Source: a virus
DNA length: 64,000 nt
Virus record (IMG/VR): IMGVR_UViG_3300042260_000483
Location: 22,090 to 86,089 of that record
Direction: 5' to 3' (one strand)
Part shown: piece after piece, positions 1 through 9,189 of the stretch
How positions within the stretch are numbered: the stretch's first letter is position 1
Layout: each line of letters starts with the position of its first letter
Position numbers and translations under genes: made by a program
Notes under the pieces: generated by a model
Database searches by the model: none
Seen by the model: the letters and a program-made list of their open reading frames with translations, nothing else
Told to the model about the DNA's origin: nothing

Positions 1-219
1 CGCAGGTTGTAATGAGTGTCCACATTCATGTAAAAGAGCAAATAACCCGTTATTGGTTAAATCGTAATTGTGATGAATATTAATCACACGAGTAAAGTGT
101 CCCATAAAACAAGTAGATTGCGATAATTGAACCTCAATACCTTTTCTGATTTTGATGTAATCCACAACTTTCTGAAATTGTTTTGGAAACTTACGATTTT
201 TGAATTTGTATCTGCTCAT
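1..219 (-). CDS. Partial HExxH metallopeptidase-like protein (runs off window start)
   Basis: Manual translation from ATG at 219: MSRYKFKNRK...LFALLHECGHSLQPA; preceded by a promoter at 241-272. Confidence 0.65.
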   Translation of the reverse strand, partial: MSRYKFKNRKFPKQFQKVVDYIKIRKGIEVQLSQSTCFMGHFTRVINIHHNYDLTNNGLFALLHECGHSLQPA

Positions 220-240
220 ATCTTATCTTTTATTACATAG

Positions 241-272
241 CAAATATACGAAATGTTTTTCATTTTTCCTAA
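241..272 (-). promoter_or_regulatory. Bacteroidota-type housekeeping-sigma promoter (TTAG-N20-TATATTTG)
   Basis: Matches -33 TTTG / -7 TAnnTTTG consensus with one mismatch and a 20-nt spacer. Confidence 0.7.
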
Positions 273-514
273 TTATTTGCAATATATTTTCCTCTTAAAT
301 CGTTTAATCTTTTTTGCATACTACTATCATAGGTATCAACTCCATTACGCCAGAGTGAATATATAAATTCATAATCGGCTATGGAGATATCACTGCGAAA
401 TCCTATTATAAAATTAGGGTCTGTATTTTGCATTGATTTCCAATACCATTCCATAAACTTTATAAGGAATTCCTTGTGTTGATCTTTAAATGTATTATAT
501 TCAATATTACTCAT
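269..514 (-). CDS. Hypothetical protein
   Basis: 81-aa ORF on the coding strand. Confidence 0.65.
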   Translation of the reverse strand: MSNIEYNTFKDQHKEFLIKFMEWYWKSMQNTDPNFIIGFRSDISIADYEFIYSLWRNGVDTYDSSMQKRLNDLRGKYIANN

Positions 515-526
515 TGCGGATTGATT

Positions 527-557
527 AAAAAAGGGATAAGATTGACTCCCATCCCTT
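527..557 (-). terminator. Intrinsic terminator after the AAA ATPase
   Basis: Stem AAGGGAT/ATCCCTT followed by a T-tract on the minus strand. Confidence 0.6.
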
Positions 558-578
558 AATTTAGATAAACATTAAACA

Positions 579-1790
579 TTAAAACATTGGAATTTCATCA
601 ACTTCTTCTTCTTTTTGTTCTGTGAAGAGTTTTTCATTTGATTCATCTTTCACATACTTTTGAACTAATTGTTTTACATAAGTTCGTTCTGAATCTACAC
701 CACCATCATTTGAGAAGAATGGGAAGATTGAAATCTCAGCAGCTTCGAACAAATCAAACCCATCGTAAATCAACCCAGCCATTTCAACACTAGCACGAGT
801 CGATACCATTGCGGTAACCTTACCAGAATCACTTAGTGATTGAACTCGTGTGTGATGTGCAATCTCAGCAATTGCTCGTAGATTATCTTCAGAAACTTCT
901 GGAAACATATAGGTTAATAATCCTAATTCTTGTTCATCGTTTAGAACATCCATTTCAATGGTTACGAAACGGTCTAAGATTGCTCGGTCCATAACTCGAG
1001 TTGATGTATATTCATTACCTATGTTAGCAGTTGCGATGAATGTAACACCTTCTGCAACCTTAACAATTGGTGAACCATCTGCCTCATCTAAACGTAGGTA
1101 ACGTTGACCACCATCTAAAACGGTCATTAAGATATTCCAAGCATCAGGGTGAGCACGGCTCATCTCATCTAATAAGATAACTGCGTTTGGGGTTTTGATT
1201 GCCGAAACGAATGCTGATTGAGAGAAGAACGTTCCCTTATTTTTATCGAAGTGAGTGTTACCGATTAAAGTAGCACGAGGGTCTTGTGTTGCTCCTAAGT
1301 TGAAGTAGAAATCAGGTCTATCTAATGCCTTAACCAACGCTTTTGCAGCCATTGTTTTACCACAACCAGCAGGACCAGTCATCATAATGTTTTTAGCACG
1401 AACTGCTGAACGAATTAAGTATTTCCACTTAAGGTCGGTCATTACCATCTCGCGAGGTTTTAATGATACCGAACTATTGTGGATGAAATCCTTAACAGCA
1501 GAGTGGTCTAAATTATTTTCCATTTGAACCTTACCATTATCCGTATCCATCGGAGCTACTAAATTATTATACACATCCATACTAACTTTTCGGAAGGTCT
1601 TTTTACCATTTTTATTTACATAAGCTTGAACAGCTTTACCTTCATTGAAGGCATCTTTACGAGTCATAGTTGTTGCACCTAAAGTTCCAACTTTATTACC
1701 TTTGGTATCAATTAACTTAAATGAATTACCAAACGCTTCTACTTTGTAAACCTCATTAGCAACCAATCCTAAATTTAAATCCTTTTTCAT
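579..1790 (-). CDS. MoxR/CbbQ/CobS-like AAA+ ATPase
   Basis: Walker A GPAGCGKT, Walker B ILLDE, ATAN sensor and DRAILDRF arginine finger; adjacent to a VWA gene. Confidence 0.9.
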   Translation of the reverse strand: MKKDLNLGLVANEVYKVEAFGNSFKLIDTKGNKVGTLGATTMTRKDAFNEGKAVQAYVNKNGKKTFRKVSMDVYNNLVAPMDTDNGKVQMENNLDHSAVKDFIHNSSVSLKPREMVMTDLKWKYLIRSAVRAKNIMMTGPAGCGKTMAAKALVKALDRPDFYFNLGATQDPRATLIGNTHFDKNKGTFFSQSAFVSAIKTPNAVILLDEMSRAHPDAWNILMTVLDGGQRYLRLDEADGSPIVKVAEGVTFIATANIGNEYTSTRVMDRAILDRFVTIEMDVLNDEQELGLLTYMFPEVSEDNLRAIAEIAHHTRVQSLSDSGKVTAMVSTRASVEMAGLIYDGFDLFEAAEISIFPFFSNDGGVDSERTYVKQLVQKYVKDESNEKLFTEQKEEEVDEIPMF

Positions 1791-1837
1791 AATGTTTTAT
1801 TGTTTATATGTTATAATGTTTATCTCTTATTACTTAG

Positions 1838-1869
1838 CTAATATACGAATAATTGCTGAATTATCCAAA
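1838..1869 (-). promoter_or_regulatory. Promoter TTTG-N20-TATATTAG
   Basis: Recurrent motif with exact 20-nt spacer. Confidence 0.7.
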
Positions 1870-1889
1870 TTATTTTTCACTTTTTTTCA

Positions 1890-1955
1890 TTAATATCCCA
1901 ACATTTTTAAAACCCGAAATCCCAACATCATTAAATCAAAAATCATATATTTCAT
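1890..1955 (-). CDS. Possible 21-aa peptide MKYMIFDLMMLGFRVLKMLGY
   Basis: ATG follows the same promoter plus AAGAATGAGAGATATG leader as the ORF starting at 19756. Confidence 0.3.
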   Translation of the reverse strand: MKYMIFDLMMLGFRVLKMLGY

Positions 1956-1974
1956 ATCTCTCATTCTTATAAAG

Positions 1975-2006
1975 CTAATATAGGGCTTTTTTCCGAATTA
2001 TCCAAA
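1975..2006 (-). promoter_or_regulatory. Promoter TTTG-N20-TATATTAG
   Basis: Recurrent motif. Confidence 0.7.
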
Positions 2007-2034
2007 CAATTAATCAATTATTTTTCACTTTTTT

Positions 2035-2070
2035 TAAAAAAAAATAACTCATTGGAAACCAATGAGTTAT
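2035..2070 (-). terminator. Intrinsic terminator
   Basis: Perfect 12-bp stem ATAACTCATTGG-AAA-CCAATGAGTTAT plus a long T-tract, downstream of the VWA gene. Confidence 0.8.
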
Positions 2071-2091
2071 AAGTTATTGAGTATCAATTCC

Positions 2092-4194
2092 TTATTTTGA
2101 AAGGAATAGTTCGTTCATTGTTTTAGTAATCTGTGCCACGTTGGTTACATCAATTGATTTAGCACCATTGCCATACATTTTACGGAAACCTCTAGATGGT
2201 TCGGTTGTATATCCACCTTCTGCTACAAAGTATGAAAGAGTTTTAATCCCAAGTCCTTCGATTTGTTTGATGGTTTTTGCAGTATGGTTAAACGCAGCCT
2301 CACCTTGATAAACAAACCCAACTCCTTCGAAATAAGGTTCACCATCTGAAACGTTTAAGAAGTAAGAATCAAAATCATTTCCAGCAGAGATGAATTTGTT
2401 AATGATTGCTTCAAAACATAATCCTTCAGGAGTAGTTCCACCAGGAGTTACACAAGTGAAAACCTCTTTAGCTTTTGAAATCTTATCAACTCGAGAATCA
2501 TACGCCATAACGATGTAAGGAACTGAATTTGAATTGGTAGTTCTGATTGAAACCTGAACTGAAAGGTTTTGAATCATATCAACTGCTTTACACAATGCCA
2601 TTGTATTAACAACCGTTTGTCTCCATTTTTCACCACTCATTGAACCAGATGCATCTAATGAAATATGTAAATTGGCTTTCTTATATGAATCAGTTTCGAA
2701 GATACTAAAGACGTTTTCGTTACCGAATCCTAATGATGAAATTAAACGTTTATCAATTTTACCAACTCTTTGTCTGTTATAGACAGTGGTACGAGATTCA
2801 CTTCGTACCTGAAGTTTCTTTCCTAAGATAGTTCCAATTTGAATACCCTTAGCAACTTCAGATTCGTATTGTCTACGGGCTTCTTTAGTTTGCCAATCGA
2901 TGTATGTTAATGGGAAAATATCGGAGTTTAAAAGTGTTTTAGTCAATTTATTAACAACTACACAGCCAATACCTTTCTGATATCTACCATTTGGATTTTG
3001 AACTTCATTACCAACGTTCTTAATTTCAGAACCAGATTCTTCAATTGCTTCTAATGATTTTTCTTCGTTCTTAGTGATTGTTTTTTTAGTAACATCACCA
3101 TTCATAAACTTTCGTTGGTTTTGAATTTTCTTTTTAAGTAAATCCTTTTGTTTAGTAGAGAGGTCAGATGTGTTACTACCTTTGGTATTTGAGTTAGTTT
3201 CTTTACCACCCATAGTTGGTGCATCACCTGCATCCATTGAAGAACCACCACCATCATTTTCATCAGAATCACCACTCATTTCAGAAGAGCCATTTCCGTT
3301 TGAATCAGCCGGAGAATCTTCATTATCTTCGTTTGATTCACCACCACCATTTTGTGATTCAGTTGAGTCATCATCACCTTCTCCACTTCCATCACCTTCA
3401 CCTTCACCTTCATTTTCATTTTCATCTTGTTGTGGAATCGGTGTTAAATTATTTAACATCACATTGAATACATCTAAAGCAACATCAAACGTATCTTGTG
3501 AAGATTTTAATCGGTCAATCTTACCCAACCCAATTAATTTATAAATCTCACGTAATCCTTTTAATTTTGAAAGGTCAGTATTTTTGTTGTGAAGGTTGAT
3601 AATTCGAAACATATAAGATTCGATTGTTTCTTCAGTATATTCATCGGATAATAAACCTTTATCAATAATCGGGTCATTGAAGTATTTATCATACATAGAA
3701 CGATAATACTCACGATAGCCAGGAGCTGAATTAAATACGAAGTTATCAATTCGTCTATCTTCAACATAATTCCAAACATCTTTGATGATTGAGATTGGGT
3801 TCATAATACCCATTTTGATTGATTTTTCAGTAACCGAATTGGGAACTAAATTGTAAATATTACCTAATAATTTGAAATCAGAAAGTTTAATGTGAGAACC
3901 TTCGTGAAGTGCCAATCCTACTGCAACATCAAAATCTTTCGGTTCGATTACATTAGCACCGATAACCACTGTCTTACCATCGGTGTAAGAATTTCCGCGG
4001 GAGTTAAATCTAACAGGAATTTGTTGGTTAGTTACGATATTTACGAAGTTAGAAATAGCACGTTGAACACCAGACATTTTATAAAGGTCATGTGTTTTAC
4101 GTTCTGTTTCATTAAAATTGTTTGAAATGATATCGTCATCTTCCCAATCTTGTAACCAGTAAGAGGAATGTGATTTGTTTGAATATTGTTTCAT
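2092..4194 (-). CDS. VWA-domain protein (CobT/MoxR partner) with N-terminal HExxH region and acidic linker
   Basis: ALHEGSH motif, EDRRID, G/S/D/E-rich linker, MIDAS motif DASGSMS...GGTT...SDGEP. Confidence 0.85.
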   Translation of the reverse strand: MKQYSNKSHSSYWLQDWEDDDIISNNFNETERKTHDLYKMSGVQRAISNFVNIVTNQQIPVRFNSRGNSYTDGKTVVIGANVIEPKDFDVAVGLALHEGSHIKLSDFKLLGNIYNLVPNSVTEKSIKMGIMNPISIIKDVWNYVEDRRIDNFVFNSAPGYREYYRSMYDKYFNDPIIDKGLLSDEYTEETIESYMFRIINLHNKNTDLSKLKGLREIYKLIGLGKIDRLKSSQDTFDVALDVFNVMLNNLTPIPQQDENENEGEGEGDGSGEGDDDSTESQNGGGESNEDNEDSPADSNGNGSSEMSGDSDENDGGGSSMDAGDAPTMGGKETNSNTKGSNTSDLSTKQKDLLKKKIQNQRKFMNGDVTKKTITKNEEKSLEAIEESGSEIKNVGNEVQNPNGRYQKGIGCVVVNKLTKTLLNSDIFPLTYIDWQTKEARRQYESEVAKGIQIGTILGKKLQVRSESRTTVYNRQRVGKIDKRLISSLGFGNENVFSIFETDSYKKANLHISLDASGSMSGEKWRQTVVNTMALCKAVDMIQNLSVQVSIRTTNSNSVPYIVMAYDSRVDKISKAKEVFTCVTPGGTTPEGLCFEAIINKFISAGNDFDSYFLNVSDGEPYFEGVGFVYQGEAAFNHTAKTIKQIEGLGIKTLSYFVAEGGYTTEPSRGFRKMYGNGAKSIDVTNVAQITKTMNELFLSK

Positions 4195-4233
4195 ATGTTT
4201 AAGTTTTAAATGTTATCTCTCAATCTTATACAG

Positions 4234-4265
4234 CTAATATACGACATTTTTCTGATATATCCAAA
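4234..4265 (-). promoter_or_regulatory. Promoter TTTG-N20-TATATTAG
   Basis: Recurrent motif. Confidence 0.7.
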
Positions 4266-4276
4266 TATTTTACCCA

Positions 4277-4414
4277 TTATTTTGAATAAAATTTATCAAT
4301 TTCTGCTTCAGCTTTTTTTAATACTTTTTTAGATTCTGATTTTTTACCACTAAAAAGTAGTTCCATAGATTGGATTAATAATTGTCTGTGCTTAGGGAGG
4401 GTTTGTTTTTTCAT
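4277..4414 (-). CDS. Small hypothetical protein (45 aa, MKKQTLPKHRQ...)
   Basis: Manual translation; has its own promoter and AAGAGATATG leader. Confidence 0.55.
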   Translation of the reverse strand: MKKQTLPKHRQLLIQSMELLFSGKKSESKKVLKKAEAEIDKFYSK

Positions 4415-4434
4415 ATCTCTTATTGTTTATATAG

Positions 4435-4466
4435 CTAATATAGACATAATAATTGATATTACCAAA
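4435..4466 (-). promoter_or_regulatory. Promoter TTTG-N20-TATATTAG
   Basis: Recurrent motif. Confidence 0.7.
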
Positions 4467-4470
4467 TATT

Positions 4471-5793
4471 TTAGTATAAAGTTTTGAAGTTTTTTTCGTT
4501 TGGATTTTTTAGTTTTTGTCTGATACGTTCATCTGATAAATTGAAGTATTTGGCTGCATCCTTAATTGATTGAAACTCAATACCTTCGCAAGAAATCGTT
4601 GGTAAATCTAAACGTATATTATTTTCCCACATAGATTTCATATCGGTATAACTAATATTTGTAATATCTACCCTTTTCCAATGTCTGTATTGTGGGTTAT
4701 TCGATTCTATTCGATTCCTAGCCATGGTTTCGGTGAAATCCCCACCTATCAAATCCGATATTTGTTTTGGATTTTCAAATGGAATACCATCGACTTCATA
4801 TTTTATATGCGGGTTCGTTTCTTCACCAATAATTTGCCAATCTTTGTATTTGGATTTGGTTGATTTACATCTACGTTCAACTTCGGTTGCAACCAATTCA
4901 TTCGGATTAATTGATATTGCTGCTTCTCTAAAAGAACGATATTGAATTCCATCAATTGAACAAATAAAATTATCCCCATTGGTAATCAGTTCCGTTGCTA
5001 TATCGGGGTTTCCTTTGACAAAAATTAAAATGTTTTGGTGTATAGATGCGGTTTTTCTGTTTCTATCAAAATATGTTTTGGCAACTCTACTTGCTTGATG
5101 CTGAGAGTTCATTAATATCATATCATTGTAAAAGGATAATCCCATTTTTTCACACATCTGAATAACTGATGGAACGAATCCTTTGTATTTACCAATTTTA
5201 TAATCACCGGTTTTAGATTGTTCTCTAATTTCAGATACAACTATACCCATAAATCGATTGGATTTGAGTTTAGAAACAGATTTTGTTAATATAGATTCCA
5301 ATGATGCTAAAAACGTATCATAATCCATGTTTGATATATCATTTGGATTATCTGAATAGATTTCTAAATCGTGGTATGGAGGACAGGTGAATACAAAATC
5401 AAATTCATCATTAAGTGTATCCAATGTATCATCACTATTTCCTACAATCCAATTTGGTTTGGATGATTGTAATTGATTTGCTTGTATTTGGGTTTCGGAT
5501 ATATCAATACCGGTATAATTAAATCCTAATTCTTCGGCAACAATACCTCTAACCGAACCTCCTGCGAATGGGTCTAATATTTTACCATCTTTCGGACAAA
5601 ACCAATCATACATCAATTCACATAAGAATGGATCAAAAACCGATACGTTTGTTTCGGATTCCCAAAATATAGTTTTAGATTGAGTTTCTTCTCTACCAAG
5701 TTCAGATTGGATTTGATGAGTTTGTAACCACCAATTTTTTCTATCTTTCCATTCCTTAGTACGAGTATCCAATATGGAAAATGGATAAATCAT
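4471..5793 (-). CDS. DNA amino-methyltransferase fused to three NUMOD1-like repeats
   Basis: ILDPFAGG (motif I) and FTCPPY (motif IV); C-terminal repeats IDGIQYRSFREAA / VDGIPFENPKQIS / CEGIEFQSIKDAA. Confidence 0.8.
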   Translation of the reverse strand: MIYPFSILDTRTKEWKDRKNWWLQTHQIQSELGREETQSKTIFWESETNVSVFDPFLCELMYDWFCPKDGKILDPFAGGSVRGIVAEELGFNYTGIDISETQIQANQLQSSKPNWIVGNSDDTLDTLNDEFDFVFTCPPYHDLEIYSDNPNDISNMDYDTFLASLESILTKSVSKLKSNRFMGIVVSEIREQSKTGDYKIGKYKGFVPSVIQMCEKMGLSFYNDMILMNSQHQASRVAKTYFDRNRKTASIHQNILIFVKGNPDIATELITNGDNFICSIDGIQYRSFREAAISINPNELVATEVERRCKSTKSKYKDWQIIGEETNPHIKYEVDGIPFENPKQISDLIGGDFTETMARNRIESNNPQYRHWKRVDITNISYTDMKSMWENNIRLDLPTISCEGIEFQSIKDAAKYFNLSDERIRQKLKNPNEKNFKTLY

Positions 5794-5963
5794 TTAGATT
5801 TGTTTAGGATGTATTCTTCTATTTTTTCATCTATATAATCAATGGCTTCAGATGAACCATCGAACCCTTCGTATTTAGCATAATATTTGATATGATCTGG
5901 ATTAGTTTCTAATTCTCTTTTCAAATCTTCGATATTCGCTAAATGCTTTACAATATATGTCAT
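5790..5963 (-). CDS. Small hypothetical protein (57 aa)
   Basis: Manual translation MTYIVKHLAN...; ATGA overlap with the methyltransferase start. Confidence 0.55.
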   Translation of the reverse strand: MTYIVKHLANIEDLKRELETNPDHIKYYAKYEGFDGSSEAIDYIDEKIEEYILNKSK

Positions 5964-5964
5964 G

Positions 5965-6354
5965 TTAATTTTTTAAATCATCGGGAGTATCACGATAAAT
6001 TCGGTATGAATCTTCATCGAAGTGTTCGGTGCTTACTTCAAATATAGTAGAATTGGATTCTAATGCAGTTAGTTGATGTGGCAATCCTCTTTCAATTAAA
6101 ACAGATTCACCAACTCCAATTACTTTAGATTGTAGTTTAGCATCTTCAACATCAATCCAATCAAATTTGAATGAACCTTGTTGAACAAACCAACTTTCTT
6201 TTTTCTTTAAATGATAATGCATTGAGAACTTATCACCTTCGTTATTAAATACCAATAATTTACCACAATATTCGGCATCATTATGTATCCATAACTCATA
6301 ACCCCACTTCTTTTCTACTTTCTTTGGTAATCGTATATCTACGTTAATCTTCAT
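5965..6354 (-). CDS. Cupin-fold protein (sugar isomerase-like)
   Basis: KKWGYELWI..YCGK, SMHYH..KKESW and PHQL..EVST cupin motifs; start moved to MKINV. Confidence 0.75.
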   Translation of the reverse strand: MKINVDIRLPKKVEKKWGYELWIHNDAEYCGKLLVFNNEGDKFSMHYHLKKKESWFVQQGSFKFDWIDVEDAKLQSKVIGVGESVLIERGLPHQLTALESNSTIFEVSTEHFDEDSYRIYRDTPDDLKN

Positions 6355-6505
6355 AATCCATAAAACCATTATCTGCTCTATCTAATTCATTATAGATTTT
6401 ATCTAAAGCATCTATCATTTTTTTTACTATCTGCCAGTTTTGTTCTTCGTGTGCATCCTCTAATAAATTACAGATTCTGCCGATTTCTTCAGTTAAGTTT
6501 GTCAT
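6344..6505 (-). CDS. Small acidic hypothetical protein (53 aa)
   Basis: Manual translation MTNLTEEIGRI...; fills the intergenic gap. Confidence 0.5.
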   Translation of the reverse strand: MTNLTEEIGRICNLLEDAHEEQNWQIVKKMIDALDKIYNELDRADNGFMDYED

Positions 6506-6538
6506 ATATTCAATATAATCCTCGTTAGTTTAATATGA

Positions 6539-7462
6539 TTAAATATACTTAATTTTATTTTTAATGTTTTTTTTCTCTAAAAAATCAATTATTGATTTTC
6601 CAATATACTGATGTTGTATTAAAGTTGGATGAGCATTTTGTGTGTTTGGGAATTCATCAAGAATTCTTTTATACTGAAACGTAGATTCCCACTCTGAATA
6701 TTTTGAATACGATTTGTCATCATATCCAATTAATGGAATAACTCTTTCTAAAAAATACTCATTTTTAAATAACGATTCTCTAGCCATATTATCCCAAGAA
6801 TCAATAAAAAATACAGATACACCATCGGATTCCAACTTCTTAAAGTAAGTATCAAACAAATATTCTAAATGTATTTTTGTTTTTGAAATTTCAATGCATT
6901 TAACCGAATCAATTAATTCATCAATCGGTAATTCAAAATCAACATTGTATTTAATGGAAAATTGAGTTTTTAAGTGTTGTTGATATTCTGTTAAATTACC
7001 ATAATACATTTGATTGATAATTTGATAAATTACATCGAATGTAATTGGCCAGGATTTATCATACTTAGCACTAACTTCACATATATTACATTTGCAATTG
7101 AAATTACTAGAATCTTCTTCAAAACATATATCATTTCGATTGAATGCTGAAAATTGATATATGAGGATTTCGGGTTTGTTGATTGAATTAAATACAGAAT
7201 TTAATTTTACCATTAAACTACGAAATGATCCACCATTCTGATGATCAATTGATAAATTTGATTTGAAATGTTTAGTTACCAGATAGGGGAATCGGTTAGT
7301 TTCTCTAAACAAAATAGATTCCGAATCTTCAATTGGCTGGATTTCTTGCCAAGTTGATTTTAGATTACGTTGCGTTATCCATTTTTGATTAGATGAATAC
7401 AATTCTAACCCTTCACCCCAAGTAAAGGAATCACCGAAAAAAGCAATATTCCTATACCTCAT
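6539..7462 (-). CDS. SGNH/GDSL-like protein
   Basis: FFGDSFTWG block I and C-terminal HPT. Confidence 0.6.
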   Translation of the reverse strand: MRYRNIAFFGDSFTWGEGLELYSSNQKWITQRNLKSTWQEIQPIEDSESILFRETNRFPYLVTKHFKSNLSIDHQNGGSFRSLMVKLNSVFNSINKPEILIYQFSAFNRNDICFEEDSSNFNCKCNICEVSAKYDKSWPITFDVIYQIINQMYYGNLTEYQQHLKTQFSIKYNVDFELPIDELIDSVKCIEISKTKIHLEYLFDTYFKKLESDGVSVFFIDSWDNMARESLFKNEYFLERVIPLIGYDDKSYSKYSEWESTFQYKRILDEFPNTQNAHPTLIQHQYIGKSIIDFLEKKNIKNKIKYI

Positions 7463-7477
7463 AACTAATTTTTATTA

Positions 7478-7624
7478 TTATCTACCTTGACCTCTATAAG
7501 CCTTTTTGTAGTTTTTACTATGTTTGTGAACCGATGTTTTAGTTTTAGCGTGAACACCTGGTCTTGATACTTGTTTTGTTTTGTGTGTAGTTGAGGTAGT
7601 TGCACCACCTTTAGCTTTTGCCAT
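7478..7624 (-). CDS. Small basic protein (48 aa)
   Basis: Manual translation MAKAKGG...RPGVHAK...YKKAYRGQGR. Confidence 0.65.
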   Translation of the reverse strand: MAKAKGGATTSTTHKTKQVSRPGVHAKTKTSVHKHSKNYKKAYRGQGR

Positions 7625-7656
7625 TTAACGTAACTCTCATCGAGTCTCCTGATTGA

Positions 7657-8475
7657 TTATTTGATAATATTACTTTTCTTTAAAGCTCTTGCAGTATCAA
7701 TCCATTTCAATCCAATTTTGTTTGTAATTGGTTTTGATATAAATTTAGTAACTGCTTTTTGGACTGATGTATCAACTGATTTATATACCGTATTATCTAC
7801 GATAGCAAAATTACCACCAAATAAATTGTGGAATTTTCCTAAATTTTCTTGACAAGCCTTCCATATATCTGAAACCAATGATTCGGGAAGAGTTCTATCT
7901 CTCTTCGCGTTTCTTTCTTGTGCAACCTCCAATGATGTGTTTACGAATACCATATAACAATCGTATCCTAAACTTTCAGCATGGTCTTTTTTCTTTTTAA
8001 TCTTTGTATATTCATCACCAGTTCCATCGATAATCAATCCCAATCTACCTGCCTCATAAAATGATTGCTGTTGTTGAGTGATTTTCTTTGCTCTATCTCT
8101 AATACCATTAGGATTCTTAGTAATCATATCCCATAATGCTGGGTCTTCTTTTTCAATCTTACCTAAATCTTTTGGATTGATTCCATTTTTTTTAAGTTCA
8201 GCTTCGAAAGCAGTATCTGAATTAACTAATTTTAATCCGTATGATGAGAATGATGATGTGAATGATTTACCTACACCAAAAATTTCCTTTGCAGTAAATG
8301 ATTTACCACTACCCGGTCCTCCTGCTAAAAATACACATTTTAGGATACCAGGGTCATCTACACCTTCTAATATTAGTTGTTCTAATATAGATTCTTTAAT
8401 TGAAAACATTTCTGTTTCCAAATCAAGCATAGATTTTTCAATTTTAGCTTCAGTAAGGGTTTTCTTCTGATTCAA
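7657..8475 (-). CDS. Zeta-toxin-like/AAA_33 P-loop kinase
   Basis: FLAGGPGSGKS, VNSD, IIDGTG and RN..R lid; TTG start preceded by GGAGA. Confidence 0.75.
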   Translation of the reverse strand: MNQKKTLTEAKIEKSMLDLETEMFSIKESILEQLILEGVDDPGILKCVFLAGGPGSGKSFTAKEIFGVGKSFTSSFSSYGLKLVNSDTAFEAELKKNGINPKDLGKIEKEDPALWDMITKNPNGIRDRAKKITQQQQSFYEAGRLGLIIDGTGDEYTKIKKKKDHAESLGYDCYMVFVNTSLEVAQERNAKRDRTLPESLVSDIWKACQENLGKFHNLFGGNFAIVDNTVYKSVDTSVQKAVTKFISKPITNKIGLKWIDTARALKKSNIIK

Positions 8476-8498
8476 TTTATTCTCCGTTTTTGAAGTGA

Positions 8499-8756
8499 TT
8501 ACTTCTTTGTAGTTTTTTTACTCTTAACAGATTTAACAACTGCTTCTGCAACGTTAATAGCAGCTTCATTTTCAGTAACGATTGTTTCTGCTTGTTTAGT
8601 TGCTTTTTTAGCTTTAGCAATTCCGGCTTTAGCCTTAGTTGTTACTTTCTTAGCTTCAGGTACAATTTCTTCTACTTGTTCTACAAATGTTTCTACCGCT
8701 TCTTCAATTTGTTCAGCCTTTACAAAAAGACTTTTAATAAATGCAAATAATCCCAT
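8499..8756 (-). CDS. Ala/Lys/Glu-rich hypothetical protein
   Basis: ORF downstream of an ATATTTATA motif. Confidence 0.7.
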   Translation of the reverse strand: MGLFAFIKSLFVKAEQIEEAVETFVEQVEEIVPEAKKVTTKAKAGIAKAKKATKQAETIVTENEAAINVAEAVVKSVKSKKTTKK

Positions 8757-8784
8757 AATTTTTTGGTTTTGTTAATTAATTTAG

Positions 8785-8793
8785 TATAAATAT
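8785..8793 (-). promoter_or_regulatory. Putative late-promoter motif ATATTTATA
   Basis: Recurs in about nine intergenic gaps upstream of genes. Confidence 0.5.
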
Positions 8794-8921
8794 TGTTCCG
8801 TTAAATAAAAAGATGAATATCATCAGAATCCTCTGAATCATTTATGGATTTCATCTCTATTATTAATCGAGATGCAGGAAAATTCATAGCGTATATAAAT
8901 AATATTGAATATGCTATTTTT

Positions 8922-9188
8922 CTAATCTTCGCCATATAAACTCCACTTCTTTTCAGGTTCTGGTTCTACCAATACTTCTTCAGTATCAACCACATATACA
9001 TAACCTTCTCTAGCATCCATAAAGAATTGTGTTTTACCAGTTTTCTGATAAACGTATTCTAATACTTCAGTAAGAGATTCTAATAAAAGTGTAGTGTTGT
9101 CAAGAGGGTGCCACTTATCTCCCGGTGGCACTCTCTTTGCAACTTTAGTCTTTACTTCTTCTTCTTTAATTTGAACGGTCTTTGCCAT
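8922..9188 (-). CDS. Hypothetical protein
   Basis: ORF; start MAKTV preferred. Confidence 0.7.
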   Translation of the reverse strand: MAKTVQIKEEEVKTKVAKRVPPGDKWHPLDNTTLLLESLTEVLEYVYQKTGKTQFFMDAREGYVYVVDTEEVLVEPEPEKKWSLYGED

Positions 9189-9189
9189 T

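Noticed and set aside
3200-3430. His-rich ORF 3216-3467 and short tandem repeats
   Set aside because: A by-product of the G/D/E/S-rich linker codons of the VWA gene
8801-8887. 28-aa ORF MNFPASRLII... after a TATTTATA motif
   Set aside because: Too short and featureless to support; could be real but cannot be verified here
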